From Williopsis jadinii (Eukaryota), in assembly GCA_024346625.1 (NCBI GenBank), contig AP024664.1, forward strand, positions 372,001 through 436,000: a stretch of DNA of 64,000 nucleotides, given 5' to 3'. Shown in pieces: positions 44,126 through 54,417 of this stretch (positions within the stretch are counted from its first letter, which is position 1; each line of letters begins with the position of its first letter). Below the pieces are notes generated by a model. It was not told the DNA's origin. It saw only the letters and a list, made by a program, of their open reading frames with translations, and searched no databases. The position numbers were made by a program, and so were the translations under genes.

Positions 44126-45661
44126 ATGTCCGTATCACCGAATGATGATGATGGTAAAAAGGGGTGTTGCACTCCACAAGAGCCTCTTTCGAGGTCTCGG
44201 GTGGGTACAACAACTGATTTCAAGATTGTTGATTACCATGGGGCCACAGGTAGTAATCTCAGCCTGAATTTAGATGGACGTGTGGTGGAGCCTATAACAC
44301 CTGGATCATCCACAAGCCTGTCGAGCACTCCGTTGCCAATGAACGCACAGAGGAAGTTCAGCATTGGGAATAACGCTGTGATACCGACGTTGTTGAATGC
44401 CCAATTGAATCATGTTGACTTGTTTGACTTGGAGGAGTCCCAGCCGTTGGAATTGAAGACCAATAACAAAAACCAGTTGGACATATCCAAGTTATGTCTC
44501 GAGCATAAACTTTCAAGCATCTCTTCAGCTCTGATGACGAACAGTCAGCTGGGCAAAGTCATTGGAGGGATCCGTGACTTGGAGCAGACTTTGAATAGAG
44601 TCAATATCAGATCAAAGATGAATCACATCCTGATAGTGACCAAGTTACAGGATCCTGAGCCTGTGAAATGGGCCTCGACCGTGTCAAAGTTCCTCCTGGG
44701 TTATAACGATGAGATCAAAGTCTATATCGAGGATAAGATTGAAAACTCGGCTGTTTATGACATTGAGAGTGTAAAGAGTGTGAGTTCAAGTGCTGCCTCA
44801 AGGATAAGGATATGGCAAGCAGACAAATGCTTTTACAGACCTGAAATCTTTGACCTTGTGTTAACATTTGGTGGTGACGGTACAGTGCTATATGCATCTT
44901 GGTTATTTCAATCAACAATTCCTCCAGTGTTGCCGTTCTGCTTGGGGAGCTTGGGGTTCCTGACAAACTTCAGCGTGGCAGATTATGAAGAGACTCTGAC
45001 CAGGATCATCCAAAAGGGTTATCAATGCTCCATCAGAATGAGATTCGAATGCACGGTTATGAGATCAAAGCACCCAGATGATCCAACTTACGATTTGGTT
45101 GAGGAAGTTGGCCAACTGGGTAAAACTGCAGATGCCACGCACGACATCGAAGAGACTTACACCGTGTTTAACGAAGTTGTTGTTGATCGTGGTCCAAACT
45201 CCACCATGACATCTTTGGAGATGTTTAGCGACCGTGCTGCCTTGACCACAGCAGAAGCTGATGGACTGATCATATCAACACCAAGTGGTTCAACAGCATA
45301 CTCCTTGAGTGCAGGCGGCTCTCTCGTGCACCCTGAGATTCCAGGGATCTTAATCTCCCCAATCTGCCCACATACGTTGTCTTTTAGACCACTCGTCATA
45401 CCTGACAGTATCGTTCTTAGACTGGGGGTGCCATACGATGCCAGAAGTACAGCGTGGTGCTCATTTGATGGTAGACAACGTGTTGAGTTATTCAAGGGAG
45501 ATATCATTACAATAACTGCAAGCAGATACCCATTACCTTGTATCAAGAAGCATGGTATCCGTGATGATTGGTTTGAACGATTAGGCTCACAGTTGCATTG
45601 GAATGAGAGAAAGCACCAGAAGCCTTTTAATAAGTCTGGCCTCGACTTAAAGGAGAAATGA
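44126..45661 (+). CDS. ATP-NAD(H) kinase, Utr1/Yef1 family, 511 aa
   Basis: TFGGDGTVLY, GSLGFLT, NEVVVDRG, ADGLIISTPSGSTAYSLSAGG, PICPHTLSFRP and LHWNER motifs. Confidence 0.93.
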   Translation: MSVSPNDDDGKKGCCTPQEPLSRSRVGTTTDFKIVDYHGATGSNLSLNLDGRVVEPITPGSSTSLSSTPLPMNAQRKFSIGNNAVIPTLLNAQLNHVDLFDLEESQPLELKTNNKNQLDISKLCLEHKLSSISSALMTNSQLGKVIGGIRDLEQTLNRVNIRSKMNHILIVTKLQDPEPVKWASTVSKFLLGYNDEIKVYIEDKIENSAVYDIESVKSVSSSAASRIRIWQADKCFYRPEIFDLVLTFGGDGTVLYASWLFQSTIPPVLPFCLGSLGFLTNFSVADYEETLTRIIQKGYQCSIRMRFECTVMRSKHPDDPTYDLVEEVGQLGKTADATHDIEETYTVFNEVVVDRGPNSTMTSLEMFSDRAALTTAEADGLIISTPSGSTAYSLSAGGSLVHPEIPGILISPICPHTLSFRPLVIPDSIVLRLGVPYDARSTAWCSFDGRQRVELFKGDIITITASRYPLPCIKKHGIRDDWFERLGSQLHWNERKHQKPFNKSGLDLKEK

Positions 45662-45810
45662 TGCATTCAAGCTGTATAGATCCGTGTGTGAGTTCCACCA
45701 CAAAAGCTCAGTATATCATAATGACACAAAATGCCCCAAACATACAAATCAACACTCTTTGTTGATGTTGATGTTTACTTACTGTACAAAGAGTTGGCGC
45801 GTGGTTGGCG

Positions 45811-46824
45811 ATGTCTGCAATAAACAGTATACTTCGAGTGTACCAGGGCTCATCAGCTGTGAGCGCCTCTGCGATGTCAACGGTTTCTCCATCGAGCCTT
45901 CCATTAGATGAGTGTTTATCTCAAACCGGTGATGGAGATGGCATTGCTCCGTATGAACCCATTGAAAACCTCCCCACAGCCTCTCGTATAGATGAGCAAG
46001 GTGACGGGTTGAGCTCTAAGTCTGTGCCGAACAATCTATTCTTTCACTCTCCTTTGAAATGGTTCATGAAGCAACCACATGGCGAAGGATACTTCACAGA
46101 TGACAGCGCGCCTGAAGAAGCCAATGCTAATGAGGCAGAGAGGGAGCACGGGCAGCGTGGCGACGAGCCTTCTGAGGAGCACAAGGAGTACGAAGACAAG
46201 GCGTACGAAGACAAGCAGTACGAAGACAAGGAGAACGTAGTGGACGGCGCCGTGATATTAGTCGATGGCGAGATGGACCCGATTTACGAGACATACGTGA
46301 GATATGTGTACTATACGCATGGATTTAACGATGAGGAGCAGCGTCAGGAGGAAGATATGGGCGACACACCTAGAGCCACACCTATAACCTACGAGACTGG
46401 CCAAACCGTCACGCCGGAAGAGTACAAGAAGAGCTCGCCGCAAGGTGCTAACCATTCGTCAATGGGCTCGCTTAGAAGATTGAGGACAAAGACTAAGCAA
46501 TTCTTGAGACAGATAACGACATACGAAAACCACGGCGAGACGGGTAATAGGAGCCACTCGTTCCGGAAGTCGTTGGGGATGAGCAAGTGGATTCACAGCA
46601 AAGACGACGACTGCTTATTCAGCAATCCTGAGTTCCAAAAGAGGCTACAAGAGGGCTCAGTGGCATCGCGTCGTCAAAGCTGTGAGCCAGTCACTAGGAA
46701 CGATGAGAACGCTGAAGCTGTTAATCACCACCACCATGAAACGCACCGAACCTTCCATTATTGGAAGGAAAAGCTGGTTAAAAGGGTTCACAGCTTCCTG
46801 TCACTGAAGGAAGGGGTGGTATAA
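45811..46824 (+). CDS. Hypothetical protein, about 337 aa, with a 3x(xYEDK) repeat
   Basis: Long ORF with acidic middle and basic amphipathic segments; 15-bp repeat in three copies at 46186-46230. Confidence 0.7.
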   Translation: MSAINSILRVYQGSSAVSASAMSTVSPSSLPLDECLSQTGDGDGIAPYEPIENLPTASRIDEQGDGLSSKSVPNNLFFHSPLKWFMKQPHGEGYFTDDSAPEEANANEAEREHGQRGDEPSEEHKEYEDKAYEDKQYEDKENVVDGAVILVDGEMDPIYETYVRYVYYTHGFNDEEQRQEEDMGDTPRATPITYETGQTVTPEEYKKSSPQGANHSSMGSLRRLRTKTKQFLRQITTYENHGETGNRSHSFRKSLGMSKWIHSKDDDCLFSNPEFQKRLQEGSVASRRQSCEPVTRNDENAEAVNHHHHETHRTFHYWKEKLVKRVHSFLSLKEGVV

Positions 46825-47420
46825 GCCGCTTTTCTATACATTTACTATTGCTAGTTATCAAATTACCGTGGCACCCTGCCTATTCACAACATCAGCCTCT
46901 GTGGTAGAGGCGTATGTAGCTTCAAACACCGACCGCAAAGGCTCTGCTCTTACAGTTAACGGTTACGCCACACAGGTTACGTAATGCCACTTTTCTTCTG
47001 TCCGCAAAGCATTTCCATCTGATCATGTCCGATTTCTGGTGATCGAGCGGCAAAATCGCGGTGGAGGGAGGGGGAGGCGAATCGACAGACCGAAAAGGGA
47101 AGAAGGAGACAAAGAAAAAAAGAAACGCACAGAAAGCGGAAAGCCAGAGAAAAAAACAACAACTCATAACGAGACATTTTGTGATAATCTAAAGGGGATT
47201 TGAAAGAAAGAAAGAGAAGAAAAATAAAAAAACAGACATAAAGACGCCACTGCAAGACATTTTTTTGATATAAAAGTCCACAAAAAGGGTTCACTGGGAC
47301 ATTATACACAACAGGAACACACTCACAAATTTAACGTCAAACTCCCCCCATCCGTTGGATCAACACAGCAAAAGGAAAGCCGCCGCCACCGAGGAGAGAA
47401 CCATTTGTCTGTATGTTGTC

Positions 47421-49556
47421 ATGAGAGAATCGAACAACAAATCAATCACGCAGAACAGAGCTGCGGTTTCGATCACTACAAACCTCTACGATAGAAGAGC
47501 ACTGGATGCTACGTGTGATCGGCCGCTGGTGAACTCGCTGAACCATCTGACGTTTCTGACGTCGTCGTCAGCCAAAGTGCGCGAGACGCTTGCGAGCGAT
47601 GGAGGGCTGGAACGGTTGGTGTCGATACTGTACGAGTGCAGGAAAGAGGATGCTGATATGGATTATGTGCTGGAGAGGCAGGCGAAAGGCGTTGATAAGT
47701 CGATTGCGGAAGAGAAGCGAGACGCTCTGATTGCGTGGAAATGGACTTTGGCGTTCCAATGCCTGGTGCTGATTGGCACCAGAGGCACGGAGAAGATTAG
47801 AGAACGGGTGGTTCAGGCCGGCATCATCCCCATCATCGCCACGGTGCTGGACAACTATCTGCTTGTGACGAGGGACTTCGACTCGAGGACTGATACGACG
47901 CTGAGCGATCGGTTCATTGATCTCGTCCAGAGACAGCTGCAGGTACTACAGAGACGTGGGAAACAGGCCTGTGCGGAGAGGCTCAACGATGACGAGGATT
48001 TGAGCACATTTGTCGATTCCAATTCTGAGCTGCACAGCTTGCTGGGAAGCGTACGGAATGACAATGGCTCAGGTGGCAACAATGAACAAGACGTTGAGGT
48101 GATGCATAACATCTCCGACATCACTGCTCAGCAGACTCTACACGACGTTAACAATACGATTACATCACCAAGGTTCTTCTTGAGGGGGATCCTGGTTCCC
48201 AAGGACGACGATGTTGTGTGGTCGCTGCAGCTTTTGGCGTTCATTTCGAAGTATTCTTATCTAAAGAGTAATCTACAACATACTCACCTGATGGAGTCCA
48301 TTTCCCTAAGGTCTTTGTTGAAGAACTGCCATAGTCCAGCCTCTATACCTGCTCTGGACAAAGACGACGACCTGGAGATTGAACTAATATCAAATTTGTC
48401 ATCAGATGAGAATGAACAACAACAGCAACCAAAGAGCCAACATTCAACACAGTTTACACAAAATTCATCACAGATCACCTCTCAAAACACCTCGTCGGCG
48501 TCGTCATCGCAAAGGTTAGAACCGCAGACACAGCCCAATTCAGAGAACTCCATCCCCTTAACGTCATCCGAGGATGTCCATATCCATATGACGAACTGTT
48601 CAAACGAAGAGTTGGTTGCCGCAAACCCCAAGGACCCACAGCTGATTCACTCGGGAGAGTTTGGATATCTCTTGCACGATTACACCTCTAGTTCATCTCC
48701 GAAGTTTGGTGAGGACGATGATCCATGTTGTTCAACTTCACGCACACCTTCAAACGTGAGTTCAAGCTCAAAGTCTAGTTGTATTACCAAGTCGCTGCTG
48801 AAATCGATCTTGAAGTTTGAGAAGTGTTGCAAACGCTGCTCCTTCAAGGACGAGACATCAGCAGTCAACAACATACAGGACTATACCTCTAATGAGGAGA
48901 AGACCTTGAACTTTATCGAATTGGGATGCAAGCTGAACAATTTCTATTCCAAGAGGTGTATCGCTTCAAAGATTTCATCCATCAAAAGATCAATATTCGA
49001 AAAAGACGAGTATCTACAGAAGTGGGACTACGATACCTATTTCTTGACCCATTCTCCCGAGGATGACTGTCAAACCAAAGAGAACTGCATTGAGGAGCTG
49101 AACATCTTCCCATTGGTCGAGAAGTTCACCGTTAAGACAGTCAACACCTCAGACATATGTTATTGGGCCGGTGTCACGATGCGTAACTCGTGTCGTAAAG
49201 CAGAGAGTGGTGTCAGACAGTGTGCATGTTTCGACTGTGGTAAATGGGAAACCACTCCACGCCAATTTGCCAAATGTCGCCGTTGTAAACGTACCAAGTA
49301 CTGCTCCAAAGAGTGTCAGTTGAAAGCGTGGGTTTACCACAAGCATTGGTGTGTTGATTCCAACTCCACCTCAACATCAGGCCATAGCCATGGCACTACG
49401 AGCTCAACCGTAACCACAACCACAACTGCAAACGTCACAGGACAAGAGAGTGGTGATTCCCCTGCAGTGGGCACAACTCAACTACCTCGTGATGACGATA
49501 CGACAGTACCAATGACGACAGCAACGGCAACTACACGTTTAAACGAAAATCTATAA
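47421..49556 (+). CDS. MUB1: MYND-finger protein Mub1/SamB, about 711 aa
   Basis: MRESN...NRAAVSITTNLYDRRALD...LVNSLNHLTFLTS; YWAGVTMRNSCRK; MYND finger CACFDCGKWE..FAKCRRCKRTKYCSKECQLKAWVYHKHWC. Confidence 0.95.
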   Translation: MRESNNKSITQNRAAVSITTNLYDRRALDATCDRPLVNSLNHLTFLTSSSAKVRETLASDGGLERLVSILYECRKEDADMDYVLERQAKGVDKSIAEEKRDALIAWKWTLAFQCLVLIGTRGTEKIRERVVQAGIIPIIATVLDNYLLVTRDFDSRTDTTLSDRFIDLVQRQLQVLQRRGKQACAERLNDDEDLSTFVDSNSELHSLLGSVRNDNGSGGNNEQDVEVMHNISDITAQQTLHDVNNTITSPRFFLRGILVPKDDDVVWSLQLLAFISKYSYLKSNLQHTHLMESISLRSLLKNCHSPASIPALDKDDDLEIELISNLSSDENEQQQQPKSQHSTQFTQNSSQITSQNTSSASSSQRLEPQTQPNSENSIPLTSSEDVHIHMTNCSNEELVAANPKDPQLIHSGEFGYLLHDYTSSSSPKFGEDDDPCCSTSRTPSNVSSSSKSSCITKSLLKSILKFEKCCKRCSFKDETSAVNNIQDYTSNEEKTLNFIELGCKLNNFYSKRCIASKISSIKRSIFEKDEYLQKWDYDTYFLTHSPEDDCQTKENCIEELNIFPLVEKFTVKTVNTSDICYWAGVTMRNSCRKAESGVRQCACFDCGKWETTPRQFAKCRRCKRTKYCSKECQLKAWVYHKHWCVDSNSTSTSGHSHGTTSSTVTTTTTANVTGQESGDSPAVGTTQLPRDDDTTVPMTTATATTRLNENL

Positions 49557-49621
49557 TGCCACGAGACAATCAAAAAAGGAAGCATTCACTTTCTCTTTCT
49601 ATATAAATCTTGTCATTAGTT

Positions 49622-50227
49622 TCAAGTAGAAGTTGCCTTCGACTTGGCCTCCAAGAGCTCTTTGAACCTTGGGTTTGTCTTTGAGTCCTTCACCAAGTCC
49701 AAGGCCCTTGACCAGACGTTACCCTTTGTATAAAAGGCGTCTCTCTTCTCCAAGAATGCCTTCTCGGCATCACGAACCTTTTCAATGTTGTCATCCTTCT
49801 TGTTGTTGTACTCCTCATAGAAAGTCTCCAGCTCCTTGGAGGCCTGTTCTCTAGTCTCTTTGGTCTTTTTATCATTTGCCTCGTCACGTTCTTGAATCTC
49901 TAGTTGATAACGCTGTCTCCATTCTTTAACGGCATCTGACTCTGTCTTTGGAGGGTTGAAGGCTGCTTCACCGAACTCTTCCTCCTCTTGTTCTTGCTGT
50001 TCTAACTCCTCGGACTTTTGGAACTGGTCGTTGGACACATCTGGGAATTGCTCTTCGAACTGTTTGACCTCGTCTTGTTCCTGGTCTCTTAAGAATTCCT
50101 CGTCTTGCTCTGTCTTGAACTGTTCAGCGTCGTCACCAAGAATCTCCTTCTCTCTTGCTAAGAAGTCCTCGTCCAGGTTTTCATCTCCGTTGGTAGGAAC
50201 GTCAATCTCAGGGAATTTATCAGCCAT
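49622..50227 (-). CDS. CLC1: Clathrin light chain, 201 aa
   Basis: MADKFPEI, DFLAREKEILGDDAEQFKTEQD, FEEQFP, AVKEWRQR, FYEEYNNK and RFKELL motifs. Confidence 0.93.
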   Translation of the reverse strand: MADKFPEIDVPTNGDENLDEDFLAREKEILGDDAEQFKTEQDEEFLRDQEQDEVKQFEEQFPDVSNDQFQKSEELEQQEQEEEEFGEAAFNPPKTESDAVKEWRQRYQLEIQERDEANDKKTKETREQASKELETFYEEYNNKKDDNIEKVRDAEKAFLEKRDAFYTKGNVWSRALDLVKDSKTNPRFKELLEAKSKATST

Positions 50228-50280
50228 TGTCCTTTGTCCTATGTCCTTGTTCTTTGTCTTTTGTCCTATGTCCTTTGTCC
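50228..50280 (-). repeat. Roughly 7-bp tandem repeat (GGACAAA/GGACATA), 8 units, directly before the CLC1 ATG
   Basis: Plus-strand TGTCC at 50228, 50235, 50242, 50262, 50269 and 50276; variants TGTTC (50248) and TGTCT (50255). Confidence 0.85.
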
Positions 50281-50313
50281 TTTCCGATGTTGATTTAAAC
50301 CCCCCTTTTGAAT

Positions 50314-50473
50314 TTACCCGCCCACCTTGTCCTTCCACCGAAATCCACCGCCTAGTTTTCCACACCCAGACATCCATTCCAAGAAAACGAAAAAGGCGTC
50401 TGGGGGGTCTCCATCGGTTCTTACCCGTTGCAAAGTTGTGCGCCAGCGCGGTAAATTGTCCAAGCTTTACCCG
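50314..50473. promoter_or_regulatory. Three Reb1-type TTACCCG sites plus a Rap1-like site in the CLC1 divergent promoter
   Basis: TTACCCG at 50314, 50421 and 50467; ACACCCAGACATCC at 50362-50375. Confidence 0.55.
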
Positions 50474-50557
50474 ACCTTGTCCAAAAATTGAAAACAAGAA
50501 GGCGTATAAACAACGACTAATAGACAAACAGGATAGGAGTAGATAAGAACGGCAAAG

Positions 50558-51325
50558 ATGAGCGAGCCTAGCACACCACCCAATGAACAGGCGGAGGACA
50601 AACAGCAAGTTGATACCACAGACGAACAGATTGATAATCTACTACGCGAAGTTGAAGAGTTGAAGGCTTCGAGTCCTATTAAACCGATTCAACGCGACGA
50701 TGATGAGACGAGTGATGGGGAGCGTGAAGTACAGAAGGATGATGTAGCTTTATCTGATCACTCCAGTCACAGGGATAGTACTACACAGACTGATGTTGAT
50801 GTTGTCGATGTCGATGTCAAGGCGACGGTGGGCGATACCACTGCCAATGGCGTCAAAGAGAACGGCGTTGTTGAGAGCACCAACGGTGCCAACAAGGCCA
50901 ATGTTGAACCTGCTCAGCAGACTAGAAAAGATATCCCCAAATCAGTCTCACAGGCTCTGTTCACACCATTAAAAGTGATGAGAGTACGTGAAAGGGACAG
51001 TGCGCCAAAGTTTGTTGGCATCAAATCAAAGGACGAGGACGAACAGTCGCGTAAGAAGATCGAGTCGTTACAACAACGCGAACAAGAATTGGCCCAAAAG
51101 ACACGTAAATTGCAAAAGGAGATAGATTACCTGAACAACCTCATCGACACAGCTGGTGTTTCAAGCGATTTAACCGAGCTTCGGAAGCTTAAGTACGCAA
51201 TTGAACGCTTGAACAGCTTCCTGGACCAAAAGGAGAAGGAGAAGTACGAGGTTGGGATCCAGTTGACTCGAGCACTGAGGAAAAGAGTCGACAGCGGTGA
51301 CTATGGCGAATTCTGGTCCAATTGA
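50558..51325 (+). CDS. Hypothetical protein with C-terminal coiled coil, 255 aa
   Basis: Acidic disordered N-terminus and heptad-rich C-terminus ending GEFWSN; divergent from CLC1. Confidence 0.8.
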   Translation: MSEPSTPPNEQAEDKQQVDTTDEQIDNLLREVEELKASSPIKPIQRDDDETSDGEREVQKDDVALSDHSSHRDSTTQTDVDVVDVDVKATVGDTTANGVKENGVVESTNGANKANVEPAQQTRKDIPKSVSQALFTPLKVMRVRERDSAPKFVGIKSKDEDEQSRKKIESLQQREQELAQKTRKLQKEIDYLNNLIDTAGVSSDLTELRKLKYAIERLNSFLDQKEKEKYEVGIQLTRALRKRVDSGDYGEFWSN

Positions 51326-51406
51326 TTGTATTATTCCCTCTAATTATAACGGACTCTCTGCCTGTGTCCCCTGTCTCTCTGTAGATAGCGTAGTGGCCGA
51401 ACCGCA

Positions 51407-51426
51407 TTTCTAGAACTCTGTGGAAA
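51407..51426. promoter_or_regulatory. Gap-type heat shock element upstream of MDJ1
   Basis: tTTCtaGAAc-tctgt-gGAAa fits nTTCnnGAAn(5 bp)nGAAn and lies about 100 bp before a chaperone ATG. Confidence 0.6.
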
Positions 51427-51523
51427 CTTTTTGGGCGGCGAACTGCGATGGGCTTTCTCTCTTTAAGAGCCCATTGGAGGCATTACACGTTCTGTGAAGG
51501 TTGTAGTGTTAGCCAAGTGACCA

Positions 51524-52993
51524 ATGAACAGACAGAGACTTCTTTCAACGTTTACCAGGACCACACGCTCATTCACCAAGAGTTGTGGGACAAAGAGACG
51601 TGGTGTATGGGCGCCGGCGCTGGTGTCCCGCCGTCAATTCCACGCTACACAGATCAAGAGGTTGGAGGACCCATACAAGACCTTGGGGGTGGATAGCTCT
51701 GCCTCGTCGTCGGAGATCAAGAAGGCGTACTACAAACTGGCTAAGAAATACCACCCGGATATCAACAAGGAGCCGGATGCAGAGAAGAAGTTCCACGACA
51801 TCCAAGGCGCCTATGAGATTTTGAGCGACGCTGAAAAGAAGCAGCAATACGACCAGTTTGGTGCGAGTGCGTTCGACTCCAACGGTAATCCACAGGGAAA
51901 CCCATTCGCAGGTGGTAATCCATTCGGCCAAGGCTCACCGTTTGGGTCTCAGGGCTCTCCGTTCGGCTCTGCGCAAGGATTTGGAGGGTTTAGCTTTGAA
52001 GATTTGTTTGGACAAGCGTTTGGCGGCGGTGCTGGTCGTGGTGGGCGTGGACGTGGAGGTGCCGGTTCCTCCTACGTCCAAGACATCAGGGGTGACAACG
52101 TTGAGATTCTCAAGAGACTGACTCTAAAAGAGGCCATATTTGGTGTAAAGAACTCCAAAGTGGATTACCAAGTGCTGGATACCTGTGGTACGTGCCATGC
52201 CTCAGGTTTGAAACCAGGCAAAAAGAAATCTACATGTTCGTCCTGTAACGGTACAGGTTCCACTACGCACTACGTCCACGGGGGATTCCAGATGGCTTCT
52301 ACTTGTATGTCTTGTGGTGGTACGGGAGTTTCGATATCGCCAGGAGATGCCTGCTCTTCTTGTCATGGTGAAGGTGTTGTGTCTGCCAACAAGACTACTG
52401 AGGTTGATCTACCAGCTGGATTGACGGACGGTATGAGACTAAGAGTCGGTGGAGAAGGTGACGCACCGAGGGCAACTTCAGGTCCGGGGATTAACTTATC
52501 GAAGGGTGATTTGATCATTCGTATGGTTGTTAAGCCGGACCCAAGATTCAAGCTCGACGGCCCGGATATCGTCCACGAAGTGGAGATTCCTTATACGACT
52601 GCTGCCTTAGGAGGAACTGTTGAAGTGCCAACTGTGGATGGACCTTCTGTTAGACTGAGAGTTCCATCAGGCACAGAGACCGGATCGGTGCTATCAATTA
52701 GTGGGAAGGGATTCCCAAAGCGCAATAACCTGAACAACAGAGGTGATATGAAGCTGAAATTCCGTGTGAAAGTATCAAGACCAAACTCTCCAGCTGAAAG
52801 GGCACTGCTGGAGGCGCTGGCTGATCAGCTGGGTGACTCCAGTGCAACTCGTACTGAAGAGTGGAAGAGCAGCAGCTCAACAGGAAATGGCTCATCGTCG
52901 ACGTCGAACTCAGAGCACGACAATTGCGAGCCTCACCATTCAAAGTTCTTGGACTTTTTGAAGGGAGCTGCTGATAAGTTTTTGAAGAAATGA
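51524..52993 (+). CDS. MDJ1: Mitochondrial type I DnaJ co-chaperone Mdj1, 489 aa
   Basis: Arg-rich presequence; J domain with YHPD; G/F-rich region; four CxxCxGxG-type repeats; C-terminal substrate-binding domain. Confidence 0.93.
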   Translation: MNRQRLLSTFTRTTRSFTKSCGTKRRGVWAPALVSRRQFHATQIKRLEDPYKTLGVDSSASSSEIKKAYYKLAKKYHPDINKEPDAEKKFHDIQGAYEILSDAEKKQQYDQFGASAFDSNGNPQGNPFAGGNPFGQGSPFGSQGSPFGSAQGFGGFSFEDLFGQAFGGGAGRGGRGRGGAGSSYVQDIRGDNVEILKRLTLKEAIFGVKNSKVDYQVLDTCGTCHASGLKPGKKKSTCSSCNGTGSTTHYVHGGFQMASTCMSCGGTGVSISPGDACSSCHGEGVVSANKTTEVDLPAGLTDGMRLRVGGEGDAPRATSGPGINLSKGDLIIRMVVKPDPRFKLDGPDIVHEVEIPYTTAALGGTVEVPTVDGPSVRLRVPSGTETGSVLSISGKGFPKRNNLNNRGDMKLKFRVKVSRPNSPAERALLEALADQLGDSSATRTEEWKSSSSTGNGSSSTSNSEHDNCEPHHSKFLDFLKGAADKFLKK

Positions 52994-54349
52994 GATCACA
53001 CTCTGCTGAAGTGTTAGAGTTGAACCTTTAGACCAAAAATCGAAACCACCCGTGTACATATTCCAAAAGGTAAAGTAGCCTCATATTACATACTGAAAGC
53101 AGCCTTTACCTCGTTTCCCACCCAGCTCAGTGTAGTAGCTTAACCCACTTTAACTTGTGTATGCAAATAAAAGTATAATTCATTCAGCCGGATACGTGAA
53201 TAATGATTAATAATGTCAGCTTGGTTATAAGCCTTGGTGCTTCGGTACATGCAGTGTCTACGACATATATATGGCATTATGTATGTGACCCTTCCAATAC
53301 GAGAGCATGATGAGTTGATCCCAAGACATAGGCGTAGACGAATATGCTGGGAAATCATATCTACTGTTTGTACTGGAATCATCGGCAAAGAACCACCGTC
53401 GTGTATACATGTTGTCACCTTGTTGGAGCTTTGTCTACATCAACAGGTTGAAAATGGAAAAACAGACATGTCCATGGAAGATTTGGGACAATTCGTACAA
53501 TTACGGACATTTTCCCATGTTAAAAGTTGTGCTCTGCAGACAGATCGACATCACCAGCGCATTCTTTCCTGCGTGTGTGTCCTCTTGTCCATTTTTCCCG
53601 GGTGCGCGCCAGACAGATTTGGGTTTGTCTTGACTGTGGAAGCAGAAGCGTAGGCAGGAAGACAAAGTTTATGTATCTTGCAAAATGTGAGTACATATTG
53701 GACCCTCAAATTTACGATTTTATTTTATAACTGGAAGAGGCTACAGGGATGGACATCTCGTTTCAGTTGAGGTGAATTTGGACGATTAGTCAATTATTAC
53801 AAACCAAACCACTGCGAGAATTTACCTTTTTCGTTCTTCCCACAATAGAGTTGATCACACACTCTGTTCCGTTGAAGCGTTCAAAAGTCTGTGAGTTTCT
53901 TTCCCCTCCAGACTAGCGATAACTATGACAACTTCACTGATGACACGTGAAACTTTATAGCTCCTTATGTAGTTGTAGATCCATGCTCGTAGTGTTAATA
54001 ACCACGCAATGACGTCCATGTAGAGCTTTATGCATAATACACCTTAATCTTGACAATGGGTCTAAGATCTGGACAATGTGTTCTCATTCAAGGTGTGCAG
54101 GCCATCACGCCAGCTCGAATACTCACACCCCAACATTCTGCGCTTCATAGGGGTTCGATCACCGCCTGCTAGCTACATAGAGACGACTTACTGCTATACA
54201 AAGCGTGAATAAAGAGACAACTTCTGTATATATTATGAATGCACATAATACTGAAAACAACCCGAGAACTGAAGATTATAGATAACCAAAAACAAATACA
54301 AATCAAAAATAGCGTCCCAAGAAACAAATTAAAAAACCCCATCCCACGT

Positions 54350-54378
54350 TTCTTCTTCTTCTTCTTCTTCTTCTTCTT
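54350..54378. repeat. (TTC)9 microsatellite just downstream of the zinc-finger gene
   Basis: Pure TTC run. Confidence 0.9.
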
Positions 54379-54417
54379 AATATACAGCACAAAGCATGGC
54401 CAATCGAACAACAGGCA

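Noticed and set aside
50228..50608. 127-aa N-terminal extension of CLC1
   Set aside because: Runs through the repeat and divergent promoter into the neighbouring gene; clathrin light chains start at MADKFP.
54150..54166. B-box-like GGTTCGATC suggesting a tRNA
   Set aside because: No T-stem pairing, A-box or cloverleaf around it.
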